A stretch of 32,000 bases of DNA, taken from Delftia acidovorans NBRC 14950. Its GTDB lineage: Bacteria > Pseudomonadota > Gammaproteobacteria > Burkholderiales > Burkholderiaceae_C. Shown here one piece after another: positions 9,453 through 17,961 of the stretch. Made by a program: the position numbers and the translations under genes. The stretch lies in NCBI RefSeq assembly GCF_001598795.1, contig NZ_BCZP01000010.1, forward strand, positions 180,001-212,000, given 5' to 3'. Every line of letters begins with the position of its first letter. Positions within the stretch are counted from its first letter, which is position 1. Below the pieces are notes generated by a model. The model did no database searches, was not told where the DNA came from, and saw nothing but the letters and a program-made list of their open reading frames with translations.

Positions 9453-10682
9453 TCAGGCCGATGCGCGGCGCACGATGTGCGAGCGGTCCAGCGCGCCGCA
9501 GGAGGAGGCGCCCAGCATGGCCAGGTTGCGGTCCACCTCGTCGCGCAGCAGGCCGATGGCGTGCAGCACGCCGGCCTCGCCGCCCACGGCGGCGGCGTAG
9601 TTGAAGGGCCGACCCACCAGCACCATGCGCGCGCCCAGCGCCACGGCCTTGAGCACATCGGAGCCGCGCCTGAAGCCCCCGTCGATCAGCACGGGATAGT
9701 CCGGCCCCAGGGCCGCCACCACGTCCTCAAGAATGCGCATGGCCGACACCGCGCCGTCAAGCTGCCGCCCGCCATGGTTGGACAGCACGATGCCGTCGGC
9801 CCCCACGCGCCGGGCCTGCAGCGCATCCTCCACGCTGAGCACGCCCTTGATGACCAGCGGCCCCTTCCAGCGGCGGCGGATGGCCTCGATGTGGCGCCAG
9901 CTCAGGTGGTCGCGTGCCGAAAAATCGCGCATCACGCTGGACGACATGATGGGCGCGCCGCGCGTGGCAAAGGAGTTCTCGAAATGCGGCATGCCGTGGC
10001 GCAGCAGCGTGCGCAGGAACGTGCCCGCCACCCAGCCCGGGCGCACCATGCCGTCCCAGGCCAGGCGCAGGCTGGGCTTGAGCGGCGTGGAAAAGCCGGT
10101 GCGGATGTTGTTCTCTCGGTTGGCGGAGATCGGTATGTCCACCGTCACCACCAGGGTGCGAAAGCCTGCGCGCTCCACGCGGTCGATCAGCGCGTCGATG
10201 CGGGCCTGGTCCCCGGGGATATAGGCCTGGAACCAGGTGGCCGGGCTCTCGCGCGCCACCTCCTCCATGGGAATCAGCGAAGTGCCGCTCATCACCGAAA
10301 CAATGCCCGCGCGCTGGGCCGCGCGGGCCAGCACCAGGTCGCCCCGGTAGGTGGACAGCGCATTGATGCCCATGGGCGCAATGCCGAAGGGGCTGGCATA
10401 GCGCTCGCCGAACAGCTCCACGGCCTGCGAGCGCTGCGACACATCGGCCAGCACGCGCGTGGTCAGGCCCCATTCGCCGAACACCTCGCGGTTGTCGCGC
10501 AGCGAGGCGTTGTCCTCGGCCGCCCCGGCGATGTAGCCGAAGATGGGCCGGGGCAGCCTGCGACGCGCGGCCTCCTCGAAATCATGCAGCGACAGCATGC
10601 GGCGCAGCACGGCCGGGGCGCGCGGCGCCGGCAGGGCGGATGCCGAAGGCGTGGAGGCAGAGGAGGAAGCGATGGCGGCCAT
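9453..10682 (-). CDS. FMN-dependent alpha-hydroxy-acid dehydrogenase/oxidase (LldD / mandelate dehydrogenase / glycolate oxidase family)
   Basis: ATG at 10682 (M19 of track ORF 9453-10736), with GAGG upstream. Family hallmarks: LHDFEEAARRRLPRPIFGYIAGAAEDNASLRDNREVF, PLVIKGVLSVEDA, GIVLSNHGGRQLD. Confidence 0.85.
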   Translation of the reverse strand: MAAIASSSASTPSASALPAPRAPAVLRRMLSLHDFEEAARRRLPRPIFGYIAGAAEDNASLRDNREVFGEWGLTTRVLADVSQRSQAVELFGERYASPFGIAPMGINALSTYRGDLVLARAAQRAGIVSVMSGTSLIPMEEVARESPATWFQAYIPGDQARIDALIDRVERAGFRTLVVTVDIPISANRENNIRTGFSTPLKPSLRLAWDGMVRPGWVAGTFLRTLLRHGMPHFENSFATRGAPIMSSSVMRDFSARDHLSWRHIEAIRRRWKGPLVIKGVLSVEDALQARRVGADGIVLSNHGGRQLDGAVSAMRILEDVVAALGPDYPVLIDGGFRRGSDVLKAVALGARMVLVGRPFNYAAAVGGEAGVLHAIGLLRDEVDRNLAMLGASSCGALDRSHIVRRASA

Positions 10683-10741
10683 GGTGCGGACCTCGGAATG
10701 TTCAGGAGCCGGCGCCACTGTAGGCCGCCCATCCATTGAAT

Positions 10742-10771
10742 GAAAGTGGATTATTTAGAATTCACTTGTTC
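10742..10771. promoter_or_regulatory. AT-rich imperfect dyad GAAAGTG-N14-CACTTGTTC in the divergent dehydrogenase/LysR intergenic region; candidate LysR box
   Basis: Read directly. It sits in the only AT-rich stretch (about 10733-10790) between start codons 10682 (-) and 10794 (+). The arms are imperfect, with one inserted base. Confidence 0.25.
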
Positions 10772-10793
10772 GCTTTTTGCCAATGAAAAACCC

Positions 10794-11711
10794 ATGTCCA
10801 CACCCTCGGTCAAGCAGCTCGAAGCCTTCTGGTGGGCCGCCACCTGCAGCAACTTCGCCACGGCAGCGCAGCGCGTGCACCTGTCCGTGTCCTCGCTGTC
10901 CAAGCGCATCACGGAACTGGAGTCCGCGCTGGGCCAGCCGCTGTTCGACCGCAGCGGCCACCGCGCCGTGCTCACCGATGCCGGCCAGCGCCTGCTGCCC
11001 GCCGCGCTGGAGGTGCTCAACGCCATGGCTGCGCTGGGCCAGGCCCTGGACACGCGCGAGGCGCTGGCCGGGCATTGCCGCTTCGGCGTGGGCGACCTGT
11101 CGGCGCTGACCTGGCTGCCGGCCTTCGTGGCCGCCGCGCGCCAGGCCCATCCGCAACTGGTGCTGGAGCCCCATGTGGACGTGGGCGGCGTGCTGGAGCA
11201 GCGCCTGGACGACGGCGAGCTGGACTTTGCCGTCATCGCGGGCCGCTCCTCGCGCAGCAGCCTGCTGTCCCGCCCCGTGGGCGCCGCGCGCTTTGCCTGG
11301 GCCGTGGCCCCCGGCCTGGCAGGCGCGGGCCGCCTGGGCGCCACGGCCCTGCTGCAGCGCCATGCGCTGGTCACCCTGCCCCCGCAAGCCGGCACCACGC
11401 GCCTGCTGGACGACTGGCTGCTCGCCCAGGGCGCCAGCGTGCGCGAGCGCATCCTGTGCAACAGCTGGGGCGCCGTGGCCGGCATGCTGCGCGCCGGCCT
11501 GGGCGTGGGCTTCCTGCCCACCGGCTGGATCGCCGCCCTGGGCCTGCGCGCCGTCGGGGGTGCCCACCCCAAGGCTGCCCTCGCGCCTCTGCACTACGCC
11601 TTCCAATGGCGACGCGGCGACGCCCGCGCCCTGATCCCGGCCATGCAGCAACTGGCGCAGGCGCAGGTGGATTTCACGGTGATGCCGGGGTTGGTGGGTG
11701 CAGGGCGATGA
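10794..11711 (+). CDS. LysR-family transcriptional regulator, divergent from the dehydrogenase-Bug operon
   Basis: ATG at 10794 (M19 of track ORF 10740-11711). N-terminal HTH: VKQLEAFWWAATCSNFATAAQRVHLSVSSLSKRITELESALGQPLFDR. Confidence 0.85.
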   Translation: MSTPSVKQLEAFWWAATCSNFATAAQRVHLSVSSLSKRITELESALGQPLFDRSGHRAVLTDAGQRLLPAALEVLNAMAALGQALDTREALAGHCRFGVGDLSALTWLPAFVAAARQAHPQLVLEPHVDVGGVLEQRLDDGELDFAVIAGRSSRSSLLSRPVGAARFAWAVAPGLAGAGRLGATALLQRHALVTLPPQAGTTRLLDDWLLAQGASVRERILCNSWGAVAGMLRAGLGVGFLPTGWIAALGLRAVGGAHPKAALAPLHYAFQWRRGDARALIPAMQQLAQAQVDFTVMPGLVGAGR

Positions 11712-11829
11712 AGGCAAGGCAGCGGACTATCCGCATGCCTGCGGTATGACCTGGGATCAAGAATCGAAGCGACCGGTAGTCCGCACGGTCAATCCCCACT
11801 TCACTGGCAAAGTTCTGCACACTCGCCCG

Positions 11830-12093
11830 ATGCCTGAAAGCTCCCTCAACCAGATCCTTGCCGACAACTTGGCTCTCCACATGGAGAAAAAGGGCTTGAA
11901 GCAAATGGCGCTGGCCAAAAAATGCGGAGTGGGCCAGACAACGATCAGCCTGTATCTGAGCCCGGATCGGCGCAAGCCGGGCAAGGATGGCAAGGCCGGC
12001 TCCGCCAAGCTCACCGAAGTGGAGATGCTGGCAAGGGCCCTGGAAGTGGAGCCATGGGAATTGCTGCGGCCAGCCCGCAGCGGCAATCCGTGA
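11830..12093 (+). CDS. Small XRE/Cro-C1-type helix-turn-helix protein (87 aa); orphan
   Basis: HTH pattern LKQMALAKKCGVGQTTISLYL and the C-terminal LARALEVEPWELL typical of XRE-family proteins. Lies in a visibly lower-GC stretch. No convincing SD. In-frame alternative starts at ATG 11746 and GTG 11698, so the start is uncertain. Confidence 0.55.
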   Translation: MPESSLNQILADNLALHMEKKGLKQMALAKKCGVGQTTISLYLSPDRRKPGKDGKAGSAKLTEVEMLARALEVEPWELLRPARSGNP

Positions 12094-12185
12094 GCGCAAC
12101 AGGCAAAGCAGCGGCGTGATCCACGTCAGCCACATTGCGCAGCAAGACGCTGCTGGCGCGCACTGAGCCAGCCGAGGTTTCGCGC

Positions 12186-13220
12186 CTATGGCGTGGGATG
12201 CACGCCCTCCCCCCACTCCACCAACTGCGGCCGCACCTGCACCACCTGCCCCGCGCGCAGGCCTTCGCCATCGATGGCGCGGAAGGCCTCGGCCATCAGG
12301 CCTTCGACGTTCTGGCGCACCATGTGCACCGGAAAGCGCAGGCATTCGGCATAGGGGTCCCAGTCATAGCTGCCAAAGCTGCATTGCACCAGTTCCGCAT
12401 CGGGCAGTGCGCGCAGGAAGCGGATGGCGCCCTGCAGCGTGATGCCCGATGAGAACAGCAGGGCGCGCGGCAGGCCGCCCAGGCGCTGGTAGAGCGCGGC
12501 CATGGCAAGGCGGGCCGCTTCGGGGTCGTAGCCGCAGCAAATGATGTGCTCGTCCGCCACCGGCGTGTGGGGCGCCAGGGCTTCGCGAAAACCGGCCAGG
12601 CGCTGCTCGGTGGCGTACTCCTTGCGGACGCCGCCCAGAAAGCAGACGGCGTCCTGCGGCGCACCTGCCGGGGGCCTGGAGCGCGCCAGCAGCAGGCGTG
12701 TGAGTTCGGCCGCACCCCAGCGGTTGTCGCTGGTGACGGAGGGCGCCTTTTTCCCGGGAAGATCCACGTTGACATGGCGCACGCCGGCCTGGCGGCATTC
12801 GGCGCTGATGGCGTCGGGCCGGGTGGCGCCCGTGACGATGAGGTGCTCCACACGAAAGGCGATCAGCGAGCGCACGGTCTCCACCTCCAGCGCGCCGTCG
12901 CGCAGCGTGCTGACCACCAGCGGGCACAGGCCGCGCTCATGGGCCATGCGCTCGAAGGCCTGGGACAGCGCGCCGAAGAATCGGTCCTCATGCGTGGGAA
13001 TCACCATGCCGATCAGCCCCGAGCGCTGGCGGCGCAGGCCGCTGGCCTGGCGGTTCACGGCAAAGCTGTGTTCCTGGGCGAGCTGCTGCACGCGGCGCGC
13101 GGTCTCCTCGCTGATGCGCCGCGACTGCCAGCTGCCGTTGAGGATGGCGCTGACCGTCGAGGCCGAGGTGCCGGCCAGTTCGGCCAGGTCGTAGATGGTG
13201 GATGTTCGGGGGCGGTTCAC
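12186..13220 (-). CDS. LacI-family transcriptional regulator (start uncertain)
   Basis: HTH TIYDLAELAGTSASTVSAILNG followed by a periplasmic-binding-protein-like sugar-sensing domain. There is no ATG just upstream of the HTH. A GTG at 13220 gives a typical 344 aa. The track ORF extends to TTG 13337 / ATG 13331, which would add about 37 unusual residues. Confidence 0.8.
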   Translation of the reverse strand: MNRPRTSTIYDLAELAGTSASTVSAILNGSWQSRRISEETARRVQQLAQEHSFAVNRQASGLRRQRSGLIGMVIPTHEDRFFGALSQAFERMAHERGLCPLVVSTLRDGALEVETVRSLIAFRVEHLIVTGATRPDAISAECRQAGVRHVNVDLPGKKAPSVTSDNRWGAAELTRLLLARSRPPAGAPQDAVCFLGGVRKEYATEQRLAGFREALAPHTPVADEHIICCGYDPEAARLAMAALYQRLGGLPRALLFSSGITLQGAIRFLRALPDAELVQCSFGSYDWDPYAECLRFPVHMVRQNVEGLMAEAFRAIDGEGLRAGQVVQVRPQLVEWGEGVHPTP

Positions 13221-13330
13221 GGTGCTCTGCAGGGGTTGGGACGGGAGCGCTCGGCGGCCATCGTAGCCGCTGCGGCAGCGATTCGGGCGGACCGGCACCG
13301 GCACGCAGCAGCGGCCCGGGAAATCCCGCA

Positions 13331-13359
13331 TCGGCAATGGAAGTCCATCTGTCTATAGT
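13331..13359 (+). promoter_or_regulatory. Candidate sigma70 promoter of the sugar operon (-35 TCGGCA, 17-nt spacer, -10 TATAGT)
   Basis: TATAGT at 13354-13359 matches 5/6 of the consensus; TCGGCA at 13331-13336 matches 4/6. The operator palindrome starts at the last base of the -10 element. Confidence 0.35.
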
Positions 13360-13380
13360 TTGCGCAATCGATTGTGCAAA
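13359..13380. promoter_or_regulatory. LacI-family operator: 22-bp palindrome TTTGCGCAATCGATTGTGCAAA
   Basis: 10 of 11 positions are self-complementary, centred on a CG. It matches the LacI/GalR-type TG-AA-CG-TT-CA architecture. It sits 17 nt upstream of the binding-protein ATG and between the divergent LacI gene and the ABC operon. Confidence 0.6.
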
Positions 13381-13397
13381 ACAGAGGGAGGAGCGCC

Positions 13398-14387
13398 ATG
13401 TTCCATGGATTCAGCCGGTTCTCGAGAGCACTGCTGGCCTGCACCCTGGCGGTGCTGGCGGGCGCGGCCAGTGCCGAGGATGTGTCGGTGGTGGCCAAGG
13501 TCGGGGGCATTCCGTGGTTCAACGCCATGGAGACCGGCATCCGCAAGGCAGGCCGCGAGCTGGGCATCTCCAGCGGCATGGTCGGCCCCACCGAGGCCGA
13601 TGCGGCCCAGCAGGTGCGCGCGGTCGAGGACCTGATCGCGCGCCGCAGCAAGGTCATCGCCGTGGTGCCCAATGACGCCAGGGCGCTGGAGCCCGTGTTC
13701 CGGCGTGCGCGCAGCGCAGGCATCAAGGTGCTCACGCACGAGTCGCCCGACCAGAAGGGCGCCGACTGGAACATCGAGCTGAGCAGCGTCGCGGGCTTTG
13801 GCGAGCGCCACATGGACAGCCTGGCCAAGGCCATGGGTGGCGAAGGCAAGTACGTGGTCTTCGTGGGCTCGCTGACCGTACCGCTGCACAACGCCTGGGC
13901 CGATGCGGCCATCGCCCACCAGAAAAAGCAGTGGCCGAAGATGCAGCTGGTGTCCGAGCGCTTTGGCGTGGCCGAGAGCCTGGACGACTCCTACCGCAGC
14001 GCCCAGGACCTGATGCGCGCGCACCCCGACCTCAAGGGCTTTCTGGCCTTCGGCAGCCAGGGCCCCATTGGCGCGGGCCGCGCGGTGGCCGATGCGCGCA
14101 AAGCCGAGCGCGTTGCCGTGGTGGGCTCGTTCTCGCCGGGCCAGGGCGCAAAGCTGGTGCGCGACGGCGTGATCCGCGAGGGCTTCATCTGGAACCCCGC
14201 GCTGGCCGGCGAGGTGATCGTGCATGTGGGCAAGATGCTGATCGACGGCCGCGAGCCCACGGACGGCATGGAGATACCGGGCCTGGGCAAGGTCCAGGTG
14301 GACCGCGAGCGCCGCAACATCCAGGGCCAGAGGCTGGAGCCGATCAACCGGCAGACCATAGACCGGCTGGTCAGCCTGGGCCTGTGA
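13398..14387 (+). CDS. Sugar ABC transporter periplasmic substrate-binding protein (PBP type I, RhaS/LsrB-like subgroup)
   Basis: ATG at 13398 with GGGAGGAG upstream. Signal peptide LLACTLAVLAGAASAED. Blocks VPNDARALEPVFRRARSAGIKVLTHES and GFIWNP resemble rhamnose/AI-2-type binding proteins. Confidence 0.85.
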   Translation: MFHGFSRFSRALLACTLAVLAGAASAEDVSVVAKVGGIPWFNAMETGIRKAGRELGISSGMVGPTEADAAQQVRAVEDLIARRSKVIAVVPNDARALEPVFRRARSAGIKVLTHESPDQKGADWNIELSSVAGFGERHMDSLAKAMGGEGKYVVFVGSLTVPLHNAWADAAIAHQKKQWPKMQLVSERFGVAESLDDSYRSAQDLMRAHPDLKGFLAFGSQGPIGAGRAVADARKAERVAVVGSFSPGQGAKLVRDGVIREGFIWNPALAGEVIVHVGKMLIDGREPTDGMEIPGLGKVQVDRERRNIQGQRLEPINRQTIDRLVSLGL

Positions 14388-14400
14388 GCCGCGCGCTGCC

Positions 14401-15900
14401 ATGGATGCCACCACAACGGCGCTGGTCCGCATGCAGGCGGTCACCGTGCGCTTTGGCGACGCCACGGCGCTGCATGCGCTGGACTGGGACGTGATGCCCG
14501 GCGAGGTGCACTGCCTGATGGGCAGCAACGGCAGCGGCAAGAGCACGGCGATCAAGGTGCTCAGCGGCGTGCACGCGCTGCAGCCGGGCGCGCGCATCGA
14601 CATCGGCGGACAGCCCGTGCAGCGGCTGGACCCGGCGCTGGCCAAGTCCCTGGGCATTCAGGTGATCTACCAGGACCTGTCGCTGTTTCCCAACCTGAGC
14701 GTGGCCGAGAACATTGCCTTTGACCAGGCCATGGGCCGCTGGTGGGCGCCCGTGCGCCGCAGGCGCCAGCGCGCGGCGGCCCGGGCCGTGATGCAGCGCC
14801 TGGGCATTGCGCTGCCGCTGGATGTGCGGGTGGGCGACCTGCCCATTGCGGGCCGCCAGCTCGTGGCCATCTGCCGGGGCATGGCGGCCCGGGCCAGGCT
14901 GCTGTTCATGGATGAGCCCACGGCCTCGCTCACGCGCGCCGAGGTCGATGCGCTGCTGGCCGTGGTGCGCCGGCTCCAGGCCGATGGCATGGCCATCGTC
15001 TTCGTGAGCCACAAGCTGGATGAGGTCATGGAGATCGCCGACCGCGTCACCGTGCTGCGCGACGGGCGCAAGCTGGGCACCTGGCCCGCCGCGCAACTGT
15101 CGGGCAGGCAACTGGCCACGCTGATGACCGGGCAGGAAGTGGATGAACGACTGCATGCGCGTGACATGTCCGCCGCGCCCGCGCTGCTGGAAGTGCGCGG
15201 CCTGGGCCGCGACGGCGACTACGAGGACGTGAGCTTCGACGTGCGCGAGGGCGAGATCCTGGGCCTGACCGGGCTGCTGGGCGCGGGCCGCACCGAGCTG
15301 GCCCTGGGCCTGTTCGGCATGCGCAGGCCCGATCGCGGCAGCATCCGCCTGGGCGGCCGCACGTTGGTGCTGCGCAGCAACCGCGACGCCATGGCGGCGG
15401 GCATTGCCTATGTGCCCGAGGACCGCCAGTCCATCGGCCTGAACCTGCGCCAGTCCGTGCAGGACAACCTGGTGCTGGCCATGCTGCCGCGCCTGTCCGG
15501 CCCGCTGGGCTGGCTGCCTGCCAGCCGCCGCGCCGCCACCGCAGCCCAGTGGCGCGACCGCCTGCACATGCGCCTGCCCGCGCTGGACGCACCCGTGCAC
15601 CAGCTGTCCGGCGGCAATGCCCAGCGCGTGGTGCTGGCCCGCTGGCTGGCGACCGCGCCGCGCGTGCTGATCCTCGACTCGCCCACCGTGGGCGTGGACA
15701 TCGGCAATCGGCAGGGCATCTTCGAGATCGTGCACGGGCTCGCCGCACAGGGCATGGCGGTGATCGTCATCTCGGACGAGGTGGCCGAGGTCCATGCCCA
15801 CTGCGACCGCGTGCTGCACATGCGCGGCGGGCGCATGGCCGGCGAGTTCGTGCCGGGGGTGCATTCCGAAAGCCAGATCGAGGAGGCCGTCCATGCCTGA
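14401..15900 (+). CDS. Sugar ABC transporter ATP-binding protein with duplicated ATPase domains (CUT2 / RbsA-like)
   Basis: 499 aa. Walker A GSNGSGKST in the first domain and GLLGAGRTEL in the second. Signature LSGGNAQRV and Walker B LILDSPTVGVD. Confidence 0.9.
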   Translation: MDATTTALVRMQAVTVRFGDATALHALDWDVMPGEVHCLMGSNGSGKSTAIKVLSGVHALQPGARIDIGGQPVQRLDPALAKSLGIQVIYQDLSLFPNLSVAENIAFDQAMGRWWAPVRRRRQRAAARAVMQRLGIALPLDVRVGDLPIAGRQLVAICRGMAARARLLFMDEPTASLTRAEVDALLAVVRRLQADGMAIVFVSHKLDEVMEIADRVTVLRDGRKLGTWPAAQLSGRQLATLMTGQEVDERLHARDMSAAPALLEVRGLGRDGDYEDVSFDVREGEILGLTGLLGAGRTELALGLFGMRRPDRGSIRLGGRTLVLRSNRDAMAAGIAYVPEDRQSIGLNLRQSVQDNLVLAMLPRLSGPLGWLPASRRAATAAQWRDRLHMRLPALDAPVHQLSGGNAQRVVLARWLATAPRVLILDSPTVGVDIGNRQGIFEIVHGLAAQGMAVIVISDEVAEVHAHCDRVLHMRGGRMAGEFVPGVHSESQIEEAVHA

Positions 15901-16927
15901 ACACGCACACGCGCTGCTGCAACACCCCGTGGCCCGGCTGGGCCTGGCCATTGCCGCCATGGCCCTGCTGTTCGGCGCCCTGGCGCCGGGCTTCTGGACG
16001 CTGGGCAACTGGATGGACGTGGCCGAGGGCGCATCGGTCACCGCCATCATGGCCGTGGGCCTGCTGGTGGTGCTGGTCGCGGGCGGCATCGACATCTCGT
16101 TTGCCGCCACGGCCACGGTGGCGCAGTACCTTGCGGCCCTCGCGGCCACACGCCTGGGCTGGGCACCGGCGGCCAGCATCGCGCTGGGCCTGGCCACGGG
16201 ACTGGCGCTGGGCGCATTCAACGCCCTGCTTATCCACCGCCTGCGCGCCACCTCCATCATCATCACCATCTCCACGCTGAACCTGTACTTCGCGCTGCTG
16301 ATGCATGGCACGGGCGGCCGGTCCATCTACGACCTGCCGTCGTGGTGGAGCGATTCAGTGGTGCTGGCCCGCTTCGCGGGCACCGACGGCACAGACCCCG
16401 TGCGCCTGACCCTGCCCATCGCCGTGGCCGCTGCGGCCGCCCTGCTGACCGCACTGCTGCTGGGCCGCAGCGCGCTGGGGCGGCGCCTGTACGCCTTCGG
16501 CGGCAACCCCGAGGCCGCGCACCGCATGGGCATCGGGCTGGGCGCCATCCAGGGCGTGGCCTATGGCTGGCTCGGCATGATGGCGGCCATCGCAGGCCTG
16601 GTGCAGGCGCACCGCGTGGGCGAGTCGGTGCCCAACGCGCTGGTCGGCACGGAGCTGTTCGTGCTCGCGGCCGCCGTGCTGGGCGGCGCTAGCCTGTTCG
16701 GCGGCACGGGCAGCGTGGGCGGCGTGCTGATGGGCGTGCTGCTGCTGGCCGTGCTGCGCAACGGGCTGAACCTGCTGGGCGTGTCGCCGTATTTCTTCCA
16801 GGTGCTGCTGGGCGCCGTGGTGCTGGCCTGCGCCGCCGCAACGGGACTGCGGCGCACGCAGCGACGCAACCAGCAGCGCAGCGCTGACGCCACTCCTGCA
16901 GCGCCTTTGGCGAGGGCCGCGCCATGA
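15893..16927 (+). CDS. Sugar ABC transporter permease (RbsC-like), first of two
   Basis: ATG at 15893, overlapping the ATPase stop by 8 nt; AGGAGG at 15881-15886. Polytopic hydrophobic protein with GGIDISFAA and the GG-SLFGGTGSVGG C-terminal block typical of CUT2 permeases. Confidence 0.85.
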   Translation: MPEHAHALLQHPVARLGLAIAAMALLFGALAPGFWTLGNWMDVAEGASVTAIMAVGLLVVLVAGGIDISFAATATVAQYLAALAATRLGWAPAASIALGLATGLALGAFNALLIHRLRATSIIITISTLNLYFALLMHGTGGRSIYDLPSWWSDSVVLARFAGTDGTDPVRLTLPIAVAAAAALLTALLLGRSALGRRLYAFGGNPEAAHRMGIGLGAIQGVAYGWLGMMAAIAGLVQAHRVGESVPNALVGTELFVLAAAVLGGASLFGGTGSVGGVLMGVLLLAVLRNGLNLLGVSPYFFQVLLGAVVLACAAATGLRRTQRRNQQRSADATPAAPLARAAP

Positions 16928-17961
16928 ACCGCAGCACTGGCGCGCCGCTGGGCCTGATCGCGCTGCTGGCGCTGCTGTGCGCCGTGTTCACGCTGCTGCT
17001 GCCCGGCAGCTTCGCCACCCTGGGCACGCTGCAATCGGTGCTGCTGCAGATCCCGGAACTGGGCCTGCTGGCACTGGCGCAGATGTTGCCGCTGGTCAGC
17101 GGCGGCATCAACCTGGCCGTGGTCGCCAGCGCCAACATGGCGGGTCTGGCCATGGCCTGGGTGCTGGTGGGAGGCCTGTCGGCGCTGGGCCTGGACCTGT
17201 CGGGCCATGAGGGCCTGCTCATCGCCGCAGCACTGGCCGTGGGCGCCCTCGCCAGCCTGCTGGTGGGGCTGGCCAGCGGCTGGCTGGTGGCGCGCGTCCA
17301 TGCCCATCCCATCCTTGTCACCCTGGGCACCATGTCGCTGATCAACGGCCTGTGCGTCTGGCTCACGCGCGGCAAGCCCATTGCAGGCTTTCCCGAGGCC
17401 TTCCAGGCCCTGGGCTCCGCCCAGTGGCTGGGCCTGCCGCTGCCGTTCTGGATCTTCGCCGCCGTGTGCCTGCTGGTGGGCCTGTACCTGGGCAGCACAC
17501 GCCACGGGCTGGCCATCCGCATGGTCGGCTCCAATGCCGAGGCCACGCGCCATGCGGGCATCGATACGCGCCGCGTGCTGATCGGCGTCTACACCCTGTC
17601 CACGCTGCTGTGCTGGATTGCGGCCGTGCTGATGATGGCGCGCTTCAACTCGGCCAGCGCGGGCTATGCCCAGTCCTACCTGCTGGTCACGGTGCTTGCG
17701 GCCATCCTGGGCGGCACCGATCCCATGGGCGGCTTCGGCCGGGTGTCGGGGCTGTTCGTCGCCCTGCTCATCCTGCAGGTGCTGTCCAGCGGGGTGAACC
17801 TGCTGGGCGCCAATGCCCAGCTAACGCAGGCCCTGTGGGGCGCCACCATGATCGCCGCCGTGGCCGCGCGCCACCTGCTGGCGCGCTGGCGGGGCCGTGC
17901 CCGGGCACCCGCCGAACCCTCCCCTTCACGCTCTCGCAGAGTCCACCCGGAGCCCCTATGA
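16924..17961 (+). CDS. Sugar ABC transporter permease (RbsC-like), second of two
   Basis: ATGA start/stop overlap with the previous gene. Motifs SGGINLAVVA and GGTDPMGGFGRVSG. Multiple TM helices. Confidence 0.85.
   Translation: MNRSTGAPLGLIALLALLCAVFTLLLPGSFATLGTLQSVLLQIPELGLLALAQMLPLVSGGINLAVVASANMAGLAMAWVLVGGLSALGLDLSGHEGLLIAAALAVGALASLLVGLASGWLVARVHAHPILVTLGTMSLINGLCVWLTRGKPIAGFPEAFQALGSAQWLGLPLPFWIFAAVCLLVGLYLGSTRHGLAIRMVGSNAEATRHAGIDTRRVLIGVYTLSTLLCWIAAVLMMARFNSASAGYAQSYLLVTVLAAILGGTDPMGGFGRVSGLFVALLILQVLSSGVNLLGANAQLTQALWGATMIAAVAARHLLARWRGRARAPAEPSPSRSRRVHPEPL

Noticed and set aside
11805-11819. TGGCAAAGTTCTGCA upstream of the XRE gene, resembling a sigma54 -24/-12 element
   Set aside because: The GG-to-GC spacing is one nucleotide too short compared with TGGCACG-N4-TTGCW, and no enhancer-binding protein gene is nearby.
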